Assembly (NCBI GenBank): GCA_039621445.1
Contig: CP154954.1
Coordinates: 13,076,716-13,140,715 of the forward strand
DNA from: Euglena gracilis
Lineage: Eukaryota
Direction of reading: 5' to 3'
Length of the DNA: 64,000 nt
The position numbers and the translations under genes were made by a program. How positions within the stretch are numbered: the first letter of the stretch is position 1; each line of letters begins with the position of its first letter. This document shows, one piece after another, positions 24,016 to 37,113 of this stretch. The notes beneath the pieces are model-generated. The model was not told the origin of the DNA, searched no databases, and was given only the letters and a program-made list of their open reading frames with translations.

Positions 24016-27000
24016 GGACGGGTCTCCCCTCGCCCGGGCACCGAGTGTTTGTTGGTTTTTGTGTAGGAGGAGGTGAGAGAGGGGCCCGCCCACCCCCCTC
24101 TGTCTCTCTGTATGGGATCCCCCCAGGGTGGAGGGGGGATCCGGATCACACCCCTCTGGGGTCTGGGGACCAAAACCCTGGAACCAAAACATTTTCTTCC
24201 CCGGCGCCATGCCCCAGAAGATTTATGTTTTTATCAGCTGTATTTGTCAATTTGGAGAAAACTCACCAGAAAACCGCAATTTTGGGTCTCCCACAAAAAT
24301 TTTGTGGTGTCGCATGGTGTTTTTTCTCCGACCCCTCCCGGATGGGGGTCATGCCAGCCAGCAGCCTTCTTCAGGGGGGGAAATGCGTTGCGCATTTTCC
24401 CACATTTTTGCGCCTTTTTTTTGCGCATTTTTTGCACATTCCCCCCCCATTTTTGCACATTTTCCATTTTTTGCGCATTTTTTGGGGGCATTTTTTTTGC
24501 CATTTTGCACATTTTCCATTTTTTGCACATTTTCCACCCAAATCACATGCTCACCGAATTTTGCCGACGTTCAACTGACCCATTTCTGTAACCAACCAAC
24601 CGATTTTCGCACTTTTTTTCCACCCAAGGGACCCGCCTCAAGAGAAAACCCTTGGATGATGAGGTGTGGGTACTCATCCAATGACGATGAGGACATTGGG
24701 GGTTTCAGAGACCCCACATTGACACGTAACCAAGGCGGGAATCCCACTCCCCTGGTCACAAGTAAGGGGCAACCATCGCTGACATTGTTGGTTATGGTGA
24801 ACGGAGAGTGACGCCTTGGTCATGCATTTTTTTTGGCCTAAATGCCTTCATTTCAGCTCTTTTTGGTGATTTTGGTTTAATTTTGGGTTTACTGTTGGAA
24901 ATTTTTCCAAGTCCTTTTTCCCTAAGGAATGTCACAAACTCAGCGCATTTTTTGCGCATTTTTTTGCGCATTTTTGCGCATTTTTTCTGAGGGCTGTCCA
25001 GCGCATCCCCCCCCCCTGCTTCTTCCAGCCAGCAGCCCTGGACCCACTCCACACAGGTTTTTAATTATTTTCCAGCCGCCCGAAAGGCGGTCAGACGGTA
25101 ACGGGTTTTTGGCTTTCAGGGGTGCAAAAATTGGGCGAAAATGGGCTAAAATGCGTCGGACTTTGGCTGGCCAGGGCAAATTTTGGATAAAAAAAAATCC
25201 ATTTTGCGTTTTTGGGGGGGGATTTTTGGTGTTTCGGTTTTTGGTACCTGCTTCGACCCCAGCTCGGGCCCAGTTCCAGCCGGGGATCCCTATGGGGGGG
25301 GTCCGCTAGCAGCCTTTTTCCAGCCAGCCTTAATTTTCCAGCCTCTGAGCTGGACCCCCCGGGTCACTAAGCGACACCCTGCTTGGAATTTCGCCTGTTT
25401 TTTTTTGAACCATGATCAAACACCGTGCTGACTGATGGTTGTGGGGGCGTGACTGGACGTGACTGGATCTGTGATTCTGGAGGACTGCACCCACCCCCCC
25501 CCCTTTGTCCAAAAACAAGCCATTTTGCCATTTTGGCAAACCCCCCGTGTCCATGCCATGCGCACAAGGAGGGGGAGGGAAGGGGAGTCAGGTGTGTGTG
25601 CAGGAATCTTTACCCTGCACGGTGGCCGAGGTCCAGCCAGCCTTCTTTTGGTATTGGCGCAAGCTTGTTGTGGCGAATGCGGGTGCCATTGGTTTGGGGC
25701 CTCAGGTGGAGTGGGAAGCCACGGGAAGTGTTTGCGGGGGGGGGGGATGACGGCTGCCTCCAGCCGCTGCCAGACCAGACCACAATTCAGGGTCTCAAAA
25801 TCGAAAGTGGTTGGGTCGCGGTTGGCCGCAGCTCAACCCTGAACCAAATTTTTAGTTGGGACCGCGGCCGGCTGGCCCAACCAACGGCGGCCCTTCCTCT
25901 CGGGAGTGACCTCCCCGGGGGATGCGGGGATTGTGGGAGAAAGATGTGCACAGAACACGGAGAGAAAGAGGAGTCAGGGCTGCGGCGGCTGCGAGCTCTG
26001 GCAATGGTTTCTCCCGGATGCCTGGGGAGTGGGGCAGGCGCGCTGCAGACCCGTGCCCCAAGGGGGGGGTCAGACCCTCCCCTGTCTCTGACCGCCGCTC
26101 TCAGAGTGTGCCGCACATCCTGGATACCGAGGCAATGCCGCTAATCCCAAAGCGCTTGCCATGCCAGCATTGCCCGGTTTTGAGGGCGAAGTTTGCTTTG
26201 GTCTGCGGCATTCTTAATGACACGCAGGGTCATTAAGAACCCTGCAGCCCAATCCAGCCCTATCAGGGGTCATGATTCAGGGGAAGGGTGAAAGGAATAG
26301 CATTTATTTATCTGGTGACTGCATCCCAAGGAGTTCTCACCCATGGAATTGGGAGAATTTTATGGCATTAGCAGTCCTCGCTGCATCGGAATGTTTCAGG
26401 GTTCTGGTGCTAGCTCACCTGTGGCAGTTTCACAGAGAGGGAATGCTCTTTTCCACAGTCTTTGTGTGTGCTCGATTTCACCATTCCAGTCAACGTTCCA
26501 TTTCTAGGGGTGGGCAATCCCAACGATAGCGCCTGCCTGGTTACCCCGATGCGATACTCAACAGTCCAGACAATTTTCATTCCGCGGATTATCATACCCC
26601 CCAGCAGAATGGCAGTGCCTGCTTGGGTAGGCACCCTGTGCATACTGGGACCCCCCAACATGCCCCCCCGGGGAGGTTGGTCATACTCAGCCTGCTCGGA
26701 GAGCAAGGCGTGTGCGGGGGTAGGACTCCGCCGCGCTTTGCCCCCGCCGCCCGCCAAACCCCCACACCCTCCGCCGGCACACGCTGCATGACTCACGCCC
26801 ACGGTTGTATGGGAAGCTCCGCAGATATAAGGTAGGTGGCAGGGGGGGGTCACCCTCCCCCTTCCAAAACTAGGAGGGGGTGTGGAGAACCCCCACCTAC
26901 CCCCAGTTTTCAGTCGCCGAAAACTTCGGCAGTTTTTATGGGGGTCAAATTCATCAATTTTTTTGAAATTTCTCAAAAATGGCAGGAAAGCAGAGGAAAT

Positions 27001-27103
27001 GTCAGGAGAACCAAATTGAAGCCCGAAAAATGCCGTAGGGGGGTGACAGGGGTAGTGGTAGGGGGTCCCCCCCCCTCCGAGATCCCCACACAACCCTGCT
27101 CGC

Positions 27104-27195
27104 GCCTGTTCAAGCGCGGCAGCCTGCCGCCCGCCCTGCCCCCCACCGGGCTGCCCCCCCGACGGGCCTCACTGGCGCCGCTCCCAGCCCCGCAG
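27104..27195 (+). CDS. Probable exon (LFKRGSLPPALPPTGLPPRRASLAPLPAPQ)
   Basis: GC3-rich. Preceded by CCCTG-CTCGC|G, a nonconventional-type 3' end. Confidence 0.45.
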
Positions 27196-27239
27196 GCCCC
27201 TTCTTACCTTCCCCTCCCTTTTCGGTTGGGTTGCTTATG

Positions 27240-27456
27240 CAGGGGTTTTTTTAGCCGTGGACCCGGGGGGGGGTGGGTGGGTCCTGCCGAGCCCGGGGGG
27301 GGGGTCCCCCCGGAGGAGGGTGGGATATACTTTTCGTTCCCAAGGCGCCGAAATTTTTTGAAAAAGGTGCAATTTTTGGCATTTTTCGGGGAAAAGCGCG
27401 TGGGTCCCCCGGGACCCCCCCCCCAGGGTCCCCCCGGTCTTAAAAAAAAACCCCTG
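27240..27456. mobile_element. hAT-like MITE (family B)
   Basis: TIR CAGGGGTTTTTTT/AAAAAAACCCCTG. Body similar to 49985-50233. No clean TSD. Confidence 0.7.
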
Positions 27457-28209
27457 GTTGGTTGCCAGTATGTGTGGCTCTTCATGGCGGGCGGGGGGGG
27501 TGCGATCCTCTGAGGATTTTGCTGTGTGTCGTCATTTGTACACGTTGAGTGTTAGATTTGTTGGAGGCGGTATTCCAACCAAACATTCATTCAAAACCTG
27601 CGTGACCCCTCCAGGCGGGATTTCAAGAGAGAGCGGGTGGGTTGGGGGACCCAGGTGTGCGGAACAAAAAGCCAGGCCGCAAAATATTTTTCAGGAGTAC
27701 CCCATCCCGCCCAATGGGGAGGGGAATCTGCACTGCCCTCACCAGGCTGGGAATCCCCCGGGGAACAAAATTTTTCTTCTCCATCACTTTGTGCTGGAAT
27801 ACCTATTTTGTCTTTTTTTTGCAATTTGGTGAGGACCTCAACTGAAATGCGGGGTTGGGAACTCTTTGACTCCAAAATTTTTTCTTTCAGAAAGTTTTCG
27901 GAAAAAAAAGGTTCGGTATAAGGAGGGTTTACGGGGTTTAGGTGGGAGGGTGTTCCCGTCACAGCCCCCTCCAAGTCCGGGCCAACCTCCCCACTGCCAG
28001 ACCGACCCCGGCAAAGTGCCCGGGACCCGGAAAAAGTCACGTTTTTGTTTCCGCGTTTTGCCGCCAAAAATTATTCGCGTTTTTGACAGTTTTTTTTTTG
28101 CCCAAAGAGTGTCCAAAAGTGGCATTTTCGGCCAATTTTAAGGAGGCAAAGCCCCAGGCCAAAAATCAGTCAGCCGGACCGCGCCACTGTTCGGGTGGAG
28201 GGGGTCACC

Positions 28210-28420
28210 TCCCCAACCTGCCGCGCCGGCCTCGTGATGCGAGGGGGCCTGGCCCCACGGTGCCCATCCCCGGCCGCCGGGGCAGCGTGCCCGCCGAGGA
28301 CCTGTGGCGCCTCGCCCCCGCCGGCCTCCGCGTTGACCCGCTGCGCACCGCCGCGATGGAGACGCTGCTGCTGCACAGCGACAGGAGGGGGCCCCCCCGG
28401 CCGCCCGGGGGGCCCCCGAC
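28210..28420 (+). CDS. Exon (PNLPRRPRDARGPGPTVPIPGRRGSVPAEDLWRLAPAGLRVDPLRTAAMETLLLHS)
   Basis: GC3-rich island. Boundaries are approximate. Confidence 0.6.
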
Positions 28421-29138
28421 CCGGTGCGGCGCATGGCCTGGGGGGGGGGGGGCGGGTGGTGTTACCTCGCCTCCCTGGTCATTGACACGGCGTGCTGTTG
28501 ACACCCCCCCGCGTCAGTGGCACTTTTCTGGAACGCAATTTTTTCCTTTGTGTTGGCCATGGTTTCTGAGGAATATCCGCCAAGGCACTTCAAAATTGTG
28601 CCGGATCTTCTTCCCAGCCAGCCACGGCGACGAATGCTTTCCCCGCTGAATGTCGTGATTTGGTGCAGTATGAGAGGTCCGATGGCCGCCAAGCATTTCC
28701 GCCGAAATTGAACGGGCCTGAATGGACTTCCTGTGCGCCAGAAATTTCTTTCAAGGTTGATGTCCCGGGGCGCGGCAAGGGGGCCGTCACATGATCAGAA
28801 ATTTATTTGAACTTTGGAGAGATTCCAACATCCAGCCTCCAAGCTTTTTTGTCACAGGAGGGTCAGCAACCCCCCCAGGTCCATCCCCCCCCCCCGGGCT
28901 CCCACCCAACCAACCCCTTGGATTTTTGCCTTTGACTGGTTTGAGCGGATGGCTGGTTTTACGCTGGGGTCACCCCTTTTCCTGCGGAGGCGCCCCGGTG
29001 GAAAGGCGGGAACGGTCGGCGTCGCTGCCCCGGCTGGTGACCAAGCATTTGTCTTTTGACTGACCTCAGCCATGCCGAAGCAACGCGTCGCAGTGCGACC
29101 AGTTGCTGGCTGCCGGTCGTGTGTGCGTTACCGGACCT

Positions 29139-29330
29139 GACTGGAGCGTTACTGGAACGTGACTGGGGCGTGACTAGAGCGTGACTGGGGCGTGACTGGA
29201 ACGTGACTGGGGCGTGACTAGAGCGTGACTGGGGCGTGACTGGAACGTGACTGGGGCATGACTAGAGCGTGACTGGGGCGTGACTGGGTGTGACTGGGGC
29301 GTGACTGGGTGTGATTCGGGCGTGACTGAA
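29139..29330 (+). repeat. 11-bp minisatellite (GACTGGGGCGT variants)
   Basis: About 17 units. Short versions occur at ~11737 and ~25448. Confidence 0.9.
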
Positions 29331-30245
29331 CCTGGGAATTCAGATGATTGCGGGCCACATGTGCTTGCGGGGGACGATCGACGACAAGACGGCGCTCAGC
29401 CAGAGTCAGCGGGCGGGGCGGGGCTCCTGAGGGGCCGGTCGGTGACCCCGCCGTGCTTCGCTTTTGGGTCTATCGGCCTGTGTCATTCCCCGTGCAACTT
29501 GAAAGGTATCCAGTGCAGCCAGATGGAACAGGGATGAAAGTACCAAAAAGAATAATATCATGTTGGTGTTGGTGCCGTCGTTGGCAGCCTTTGCGTCATT
29601 TCGGCTAAGCGTATTTTTTTTGCCTCATCCCAGGACATTTAAAGGAAAGGAACGAAAGCCCAGCGTGCTGCCTGTTAAGAAGATGCCCCATTTTGTCCAC
29701 TACAATTACACCAACAACTTCATTATTCAACGCCTTAAACACATTGTTGCGACGTATTTATTACTTGCCCCTCATTTTGCATTTTCCATTTTGAACCCAA
29801 TTGTTCCCATCGCAGATCTTTCAATGTTGGTTCTTCATGTAAACTTCTGTCCCAGTGATGAACAAATTATTGAAATTTCGGGGCGGAATTTGTTTCCCCA
29901 CAAAGAAAATCTCTTTTGTTATATTCACGTGGACGTTTAAGTCAGTTATGTTAATGACGCATGAGTAGTTTCATTTGCCTCTCTTGAAGGTTGAAGGCGG
30001 GCACCTCCCTGGGTTCTACAAACTGAATGATATTTCTGCATTTTGGCGTTGGCATAATGGAGCATCGCGAGGCCTCAACTGTTTCTCCTTCCACCTATCT
30101 CGTGACCGCTGATTCCCGTATTCCCATTCCCCCCTCCCACGCTCCCCCAGGAGACATTCTCCCCGGGTGGCTGTCAAAACAAACCAGGACCCTGCTGCGG
30201 CATTTATTTGTTTGCTTCGCTGTGGCAGTCACACTGGGCCCACTG

Positions 30246-31149
30246 CTGGGTTTTTTTTTTGTCTTGGACCCCCTCGGGGGTAGGGTGGGTGCGTCCGGCC
30301 GAACCCCCCCCTCCCCCCAGGGGGTCCCTCGGAGGGGGGTGGGATATATTTTTCGCCTTTGGCACCGAAATTGTTTGAAAAAGGGTGCTTTTTTAGCATT
30401 TTTCGCGATTTTTGGCCATTTTTGGGGGAAAGTGGGTGGACCCCCCCCCAGGGCCCCCCCGGGGGTGGGTGGGGGGACCCCCCTCCCCCATGATCTTACC
30501 CCCCCCTATGTCCAACGACCCCCCTATGTCCAACGACCACCCCCCCGGTCAGAGGACACCTTTTCGGAGGTTTGATGTTTTTTTTTGCAGGTGTGTGAAA
30601 ACCGGAGGTTTGTCAGCCCTGAAAGGCTTTTCTTCCGCCCTTGTCCTCTACCCCGCAGCCCATCGTCCGTTGAAATGTTCCCTCTGGGGAGTTTTGTGCA
30701 TTACAAGCGCTCCGCCGGGGAGATAGTGCTTGCGGTTGTTGAAGGAGCTTCACCACACTCCCAACATTCCACCATGACATTTTCGGGTGTTTCCCAGGTT
30801 GCATGATGGAGTGAAGATGGTTGATGGAATGCAGGGATTGTCAACTGGGTATCTTTGTTTTTTTTGAAATCCCGCGGCGTGAAGGTACGTTTTGGGTGTT
30901 ATTTGGGGAAATATTTGTTGACAGGGCTGGAAATGGAGGCGCGAAGCACCGGAAGTAAAATTTTGACCTGTTTTGGGGGGTTTCGGCAAACTTTTTTTCC
31001 CCGACCCCGTGTCCAACGACCACCCCCCCAGTCAGAGGACACCTTTTTGGTCACTACCCTATGTCCAACGACCGCCCCCCCCCGGCCAGAGGACAGAGGT
31101 TACCGGTCGTTGGACATAGGGGGGGGGGGAGGGTAAAAAAAAACCCCTG
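30246..31149. mobile_element. hAT-like MITE (family B) carrying a nested TA-duplicating element
   Basis: Ends CTGGGTTTTTT/AAAAAACCCCTG, perfect TSD GCCCACTG. Confidence 0.85.
30499..31133. mobile_element. Tc1/mariner-like MITE (TA TSD)
   Basis: TIR CCCCCCCCTATGTCCAACGACC/GGTCGTTGGACATAGGGGGGG. Inserted at the TA of the host's TCTTAAAAA end, and the TA is duplicated. Confidence 0.8.
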
Positions 31150-32462
31150 GCCCACTGGTGCGCTTTGAGAGGGCGGAGGTTGAGGGTGTGTGGATTTGGG
31201 CTGCTGACCCCCCATTTTTTTCAATGATTTACTGCTATTTTTGGTTGTTTTTTTTGTTTGCCATCCTTGTTGGGTCGGGGCATGGGTTGGAGTGGATATC
31301 AATAAAAATTGCTTTGGGGGGGATGGATTTGGAGCTGAAAGGTCCCCAGGTGCCCCTTTCCCCTCCCCTGTCTGTCTGTCTGTGGGGTGTGAATGGCTAT
31401 ATATCCATGGTCAACAACCCCCCCTAAAAAGGCAAAACCACTCAAAAGTAAGACCCCCAAGACCCCCAGGCAAAAAAATCCAAAAGCAAGTCCCCCGACG
31501 GCAGGAAGCGCCAGAGGAGGTAATTTTCCCATGAAAATTATCCCAAAAACCGCAATCTCAGATGCAAAAAATGGTGAAATTTCCGACAACATTTTGAATG
31601 AAAAACATTTCGGATGCTTAGGATCAAAAAAAATGTGCTAATTGTCAAACTGTGCCGATTTGCACATGGTGTGAAGCGCCAAAGGAATCATTTTTGGTGT
31701 TTTGGAACCTGAAAGATGATTTTTTGGAGGGGGGGGGGCTCGGATCAGTCTAGAAAAACACAACCCCCCGAAAAAAAAAACACCTCTTCCTGGAGGTGTC
31801 CAGCAACAGACCCAAAAATAAAACCCGTTAAAGTTAGTGTCAAACAGCGCCCCCCAAAGCAAAGGGAATTTCCCCCAATTCATTTCCAGAAATGTTTCGA
31901 ATTCCAGAGAATTCTGGGCCCTGACGTTTTGAACCTGCGTTGAGGCAACCAAGAGAAAGGATTCCATTCTCACGAATGACCCAAATGTTTCCTCTTTGTC
32001 CATGTCTTTGACAAGGTGAGGTAGTGTGTATTTCGTGTATGGACCTCTCCCCCCTGACAAGTGCATATGTGCGCCTTTTTTTGAAATCTTTTCAGGGCCT
32101 TTGTTTCACTTTTTCCTTATTCTCCTATCAAATTCAAGCACTGTATCAACTTTCCTGCGACATCAGGTGATAATTATGTAACAGGATTTCAAATTTATTT
32201 CAAATTTTCAAAGTAGAAACAACCAACAAACTACCACCGAGTTCAGTTGGGTTGTGTTCAACCTTCAATCCAATCCAGCTTGACATTGTGCAAAATTGCA
32301 ACAAACAGCCAAAGGTACCCCCCACCCCACCGCCACTACCTACCGGCACCCTTCAAACCGAACACCCCCGCCCCCCTGTCGGGGGTTGCAGATGTTGGGG
32401 TGCGTACGAGTACGACCCCCCCGGTCGGGATTGGAAGAACCAGGTCGGTGGGGGGGTAACCA

Positions 32463-33254
32463 TAGGAGGAGGCTCAATATTGAGCGCTCGAGATTGAGCC
32501 TCCTCGAGCTTTTTTAAGCCCCCCCCTCAAGGGGGGGCTTAAAAAAAGTAGCCTCGAGTGTCGTCGAGCGTCACTCGAGGAGGCTCATCGAGTAGCCTCG
32601 AGCGACGTGTCCAGCCTCCTCCCACGTACATACCTCCCCCCCATGCCTAATGAACACCCTTGCCCAATGAACAGGGGGTGTTCGGACCGTCTAGATTGTC
32701 ACCATATACTTTATCTACACAGAAACCTTTCCCCAAGCCCAATGAACACCCCCCCATTCGGACCGTCTAGATCATCACCTTATTGTTCATTGGGCTGGGT
32801 GGAGGGGAGGTGCATGCATGTATCCCGAGACTCGGATGTGTTTCTCCTGCTGCCCACTTCTAATCTTCATTGCCATTCGTGTGGCAAGTTGTGCCGGACA
32901 TTGTTTTGGAATTGTATTGGATTTTGAGCAACACAAGGGATTTGCCCCCCAAAACGACTTGGAAACACAAGGTATTTGCCCCCCAGAACGACTTGGGAAC
33001 ACAAGGGATTTTGTTATTTTGGGGCCCTCGAGCAGTTGAGCAACAAAAAGGATTTCCCCCCCAAAATAATTTGGAAACACAAGGGATTTGCCCCCAAAAA
33101 TGATTTGGGAACACAAGGGATTTTGTTATTTTCGAGCGTTTTTAAGCCTCGAGTGTCGTCGAGCGTCACTCAAGGAAGCTTTCGAGTAGCCTCGAGCGAC
33201 GTCGAGCGACACTCGAGGCTGCTTGAGATCCTCCTCCTACGGAGCCTCCTCCTA
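32463..33254. mobile_element. TIR element with CTCGAG-rich subtermini. Contains a nested TIR element (~32630-32812) and an ~33-bp tandem array (~32925-33135)
   Basis: Ends TAGGAGGAGGCTC/GAGCCTCCTCCTA. Array unit ACACAAGGGATTTGCCCCCCAAAACGACTTGGA. TSD not clear. Confidence 0.65.
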
Positions 33255-34259
33255 ATTTAACCCTCCCGGGGTGTGGGCAAGAGAGGGTTAACCAATAAGT
33301 TGCCTTCAGATTGCCTGAAGATGCCAAAAACTGGCCAAAAGTGGTCAAAGTGATGAAAGTATACCCAAAAAAAGGGCCAAAAATTAGCCGAAGTGGCAAT
33401 ATACCCCCGCCGCTGAGTGTATCGAGTCATCTCCCCCTCCCAGTCTAATGACACCTGCTTGGTCAGAGACAGTCATTGGCTGTTTTAACGACCGCCCCCT
33501 TGGTTTGAACATTCGTGTTCATTGGACAGGGGTGCGGGACGTTGGCAAACATTTTTGTTTGACAGTCGTGACACATGAAGGTCATTAAGGTCGTTGGGGG
33601 AAAAGGGGGGGAAATTCAATTAGAGGCCTAAGAGACACCCACAGAACGCTCAAAAAAGTCCGTCTGAGAAGAACAAGATGTATGGCATTTTGACTTCGGG
33701 GTAGATTTTTTCAGGTTTCGTGACCTGACGGGGGGTGGGTCCCAAACAACCCTCCGGGGTTGGGCTGAGTGGGTAGGTACCCCACCAGAGGTGGGGTTTC
33801 TTGTATCTTCGGCGCGAATTGTCAAAAACTTTGTCCCCAAATTGACCCTAGCCAACTGTGTCCCCCGAGCACTCCCCTTCGGCGGCACATCTCGCACTTG
33901 ATTTTTTTTGGCCAGGGTGCTCATTTTAACAAATTGACAAAAATTTATTTGGGCACCAGTGTGCAAGGGGTGATAGCGAGAGGGAGCACATTTGGACAAC
34001 ATACGAGCAAAGTATCATTTTTGGCCCCTGCTCTCCCGGGAATATCTCGCACTCGAGCATTTTGGTTTTGTCGGTGTGGGCAAATGTGTACATCGACATT
34101 TTTTTTTAACAAAACCCAAGCAATACCCAGAAAACCCCAAAATTGTCAGCAGGATGTGGTGTGGTGAGATGGAATCAGGGACTTTGGCAAGTAAGGTGCC
34201 TAAGGAAAGGTGTAACCACAGCATGTGGTATACACAACACCCAGCATTTGTTTAGATCC

Positions 34260-34700
34260 TGCAGTGGCTGTGAATTTAAGATATTTACTGAACGATTTGG
34301 GCAGGTGTGCCTAAGCCTGAAAGGATACCCTGAAATTTGGTTGTGTGAGAAATTGTTGGTCGGTGTGGGCAAATGCGCAAATAGTCGGTGTGCACAAATG
34401 CGAACACCAACCTTGAATTCGTGAGAAATTGTTGGTCGGTGTGGGCATTTGCACATATGGATGGTGTGTGCAAATGCACACACACCAACCACTTGTGCAA
34501 CTGTGAAGTTCGCAAGCTGCAATTGATGTGTTTGCAAAATTGTGCAAGTGGTTGGTTTGTGCAAATGCAAAAACCGACTTTTTGTTCGGTTTGCGAACCT
34601 GCGCACAACAGCCACTTGTGGAATTTAACACACGTACCATTTAGAAGGTGCGGCATTGTTGCAGTTTGAAAATCCTTAAGTGCGAGATATTCAGTGGTAT
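34260..34700 (-). repeat. Dispersed repeat with GTCGGTGTGGGCAAATG/TGCACAAGTGGTTGG units. An inverted homologue lies at ~410-660
   Basis: Shared AATGCCGCA...GTGTTAAATT...TTGCACAAGTGGTTGGTGTG. Confidence 0.7.
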
Positions 34701-34859
34701 TTACGTACAACTAAAGGACTAGACTGCCGGCACTAATTTGGTCATCAACAATTAATTGGGCCAGTGAAAACCCTTTTCTAAGGCCGTGAACCATGAAAAT
34801 GAACAAGATCTCCAGGTTTTCCCTGAAAACCCGAGTTTAAAAATGCCCTTCACCCCCAG

Positions 34860-35015
34860 TAGTTGAATCCGAAAATGAGGCAAAATGCTTTTTCTGAAAA
34901 TGAATGTGTCTGTTAACCTGCGTTCAGGGTACCACATAATTCATTTGACCTTCTTCGACATACCAACTTCGACTTACAACACCACCACTTTGAGCACCTC
35001 CACACGCTGCTCTTT
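34860..35015 (-). pseudogene. Possible decayed BED zinc finger of a hAT transposase
   Basis: With one restored base it reads KSSVWRC(F)KVVVL*VEVGMSKKVK*IMWYPERRLTDTFIFRKSILPHFRIQL, resembling S-x-VW-x-x-F...CxxC...L-x-H. Confidence 0.3.
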
Positions 35016-37082
35016 TCATGTTTTCCACTCTGTTGTCTCAGGAGTTCTTGCTGCCAAGGCTTCAAAATGAAAAGAATTTTGTTTGGTGTCCATAATTGGG
35101 AAAAGCAAACATTTGATGTGTGCAACTGCGCACAGCGACCACCCAAAAAAAATACTAGCATTATTCAAAAGAGGTGGTGCAGCACCTCAGGGAGGTTCTA
35201 TCGCAATTTCATCACATTCATTTTCCAGCTCCAAACACACTGCCATAGGAGGCTGTTGGTTGGTTTTAAAATGGTCGGCATGCGCAAATGCGCACAGGTC
35301 CGTGGGTGCCACAACAGGGCCCTCCCCCGGCGATGCACTCCGATTGCGCCGCGCCACCCGTTCCCTCGTACGGGCCCCAGTTGAGGTAGGGGCTTCCCCT
35401 TGGGCCTCTGGGACCGTCTCTGTGATCGATGCGAACTGTTGTCGCTCTGTCACCTCAAACGCCATTGAATAGCGTATGTCAACAAAAGTGACTCTGAATG
35501 ATATTCTTTGACTGTCATCATATTCTGATTGCTCATCAGTAGTTTAAGTCTCAAATTGTTGGTTTCCAGTTCCCCTGTCATTGTTTTGAATTTCCAGCTT
35601 GTTGACCTTCGTTCCATCTTTTCTTTCCATCTTTGCTGAGGGACTGTTCATCCATCTCAGCAACTGTGCTCGCCTCAAGGTGCTTTTCCCCTCAGTGGTT
35701 TCGACACCGCCCATTCTCCCCCCTTCCCAGACAATGATTGCCAATGACTTCTGCAGTGATTGCCCCCTCTCCCCACCTCATACCATTTGGTGTGCAGGGC
35801 TGGGATTTGGACCATTACTGCATGAGGTTGGTTGTGGGAGTTATTTTACATTTGTCCCATGTCTGCTTGTTTTTGTCATGTGTATTTATCTCTAATTTTT
35901 TTTAAAAAATAATTTATTAGGCATCCATCCCCCTGCCCTTTCTGGCAAATTTCCATTGGAAGATTGATTGGGAAGCATTTTTGACCCAGTCGGCTGTAGG
36001 GTGTGAGTTCAGCACAAAGTCTGGAAAATCTGAAAATAAAAACGGTGGTGGATTGACCATATGGGCACTGAATCTAATCCAAACAAAATTTCCAGTATCC
36101 AGGCTTCTGTTTAAGGGGTCGCAGCACCCCTGAGGAGGGTGCTCGACTGCAGCCAGTCCAAATTTGGACCCTCATTCCCTGCTAGCAGACCTTTTTTGGA
36201 CTCCCAAAACCTGCCAAAAATACCCATTTTTGGACATTTTTACGCAAAGTCAGGCAAGGAAAAAAGTATACTGTAACTCTGTAATTTTTGCATAAAGTAC
36301 CTGTAACGTGGTAACTATATTGAATAATTATCCAATGTATTTCATTTTTATTATTTCATTGTATTTTTTTATTTATAGTATTTCATTGTTATTTGTATAA
36401 CCGCCCAAAATTGGCAAAAACACCAGTGTGTGCACTTTTTGAGTAAAAAAAGCAAAAAAAAATGCTTGGCAGTGCTAAGAATTTCGGGCTCAAAGTGCCG
36501 AAAGGAAAAAATTGCCCATTTTGGGGGCTGGGTAACCCTCAATCCGATTTTTTTTCAGAGAAACCCATGTCCCACAACCGGTCGTTGGACATTTTGGGGG
36601 GGACGTCCGCTGCTGAGACTCAAAATACCACTACAGCCGCTACTGATGCTCCTGAGGCATATAAACATATTGTAGCAGCAGCGTGTATTTTTCCAAACGT
36701 TCCCGGCAGCCGCCGGGCAGCTTGGGGAATGCCCGAGTGAAAAATTGAATATAAAACACTGGTGCCATCTAAAGGACATCAAAGGATGACGTTATTCAAC
36801 AAGAAATGTGACGAAAATTCAACAAAAAAGTTAAATAGCTACTGCTTTCATTTTGCCATCTGTGATCACCAACCGCATTGTAACTTTGGCTTTGTGGAGC
36901 CCACAATTTCAAAAAAAAAAATGATTGTATGTGCACACCGCGGAGAATGGGCAAAATTTTAAAAAGATTAAGTTTAAGATTTCTGGGGGGAAAAGCATTG
37001 GAATATGGGGGCGTCGCTGAGATCTTATCCCTTTAGGGTAAGAGCGAAGCTTACCCCTGGCGAACCCCCCCCCCCCCCTCGA

Positions 37083-37113
<31 letters not shown>

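Noticed and set aside
32925-33135. About 33-bp repeats resembling a CRISPR array
   Set aside because: Contiguous degenerate tandem units with no unique spacers, no cas genes, eukaryotic context, inside a TIR element.
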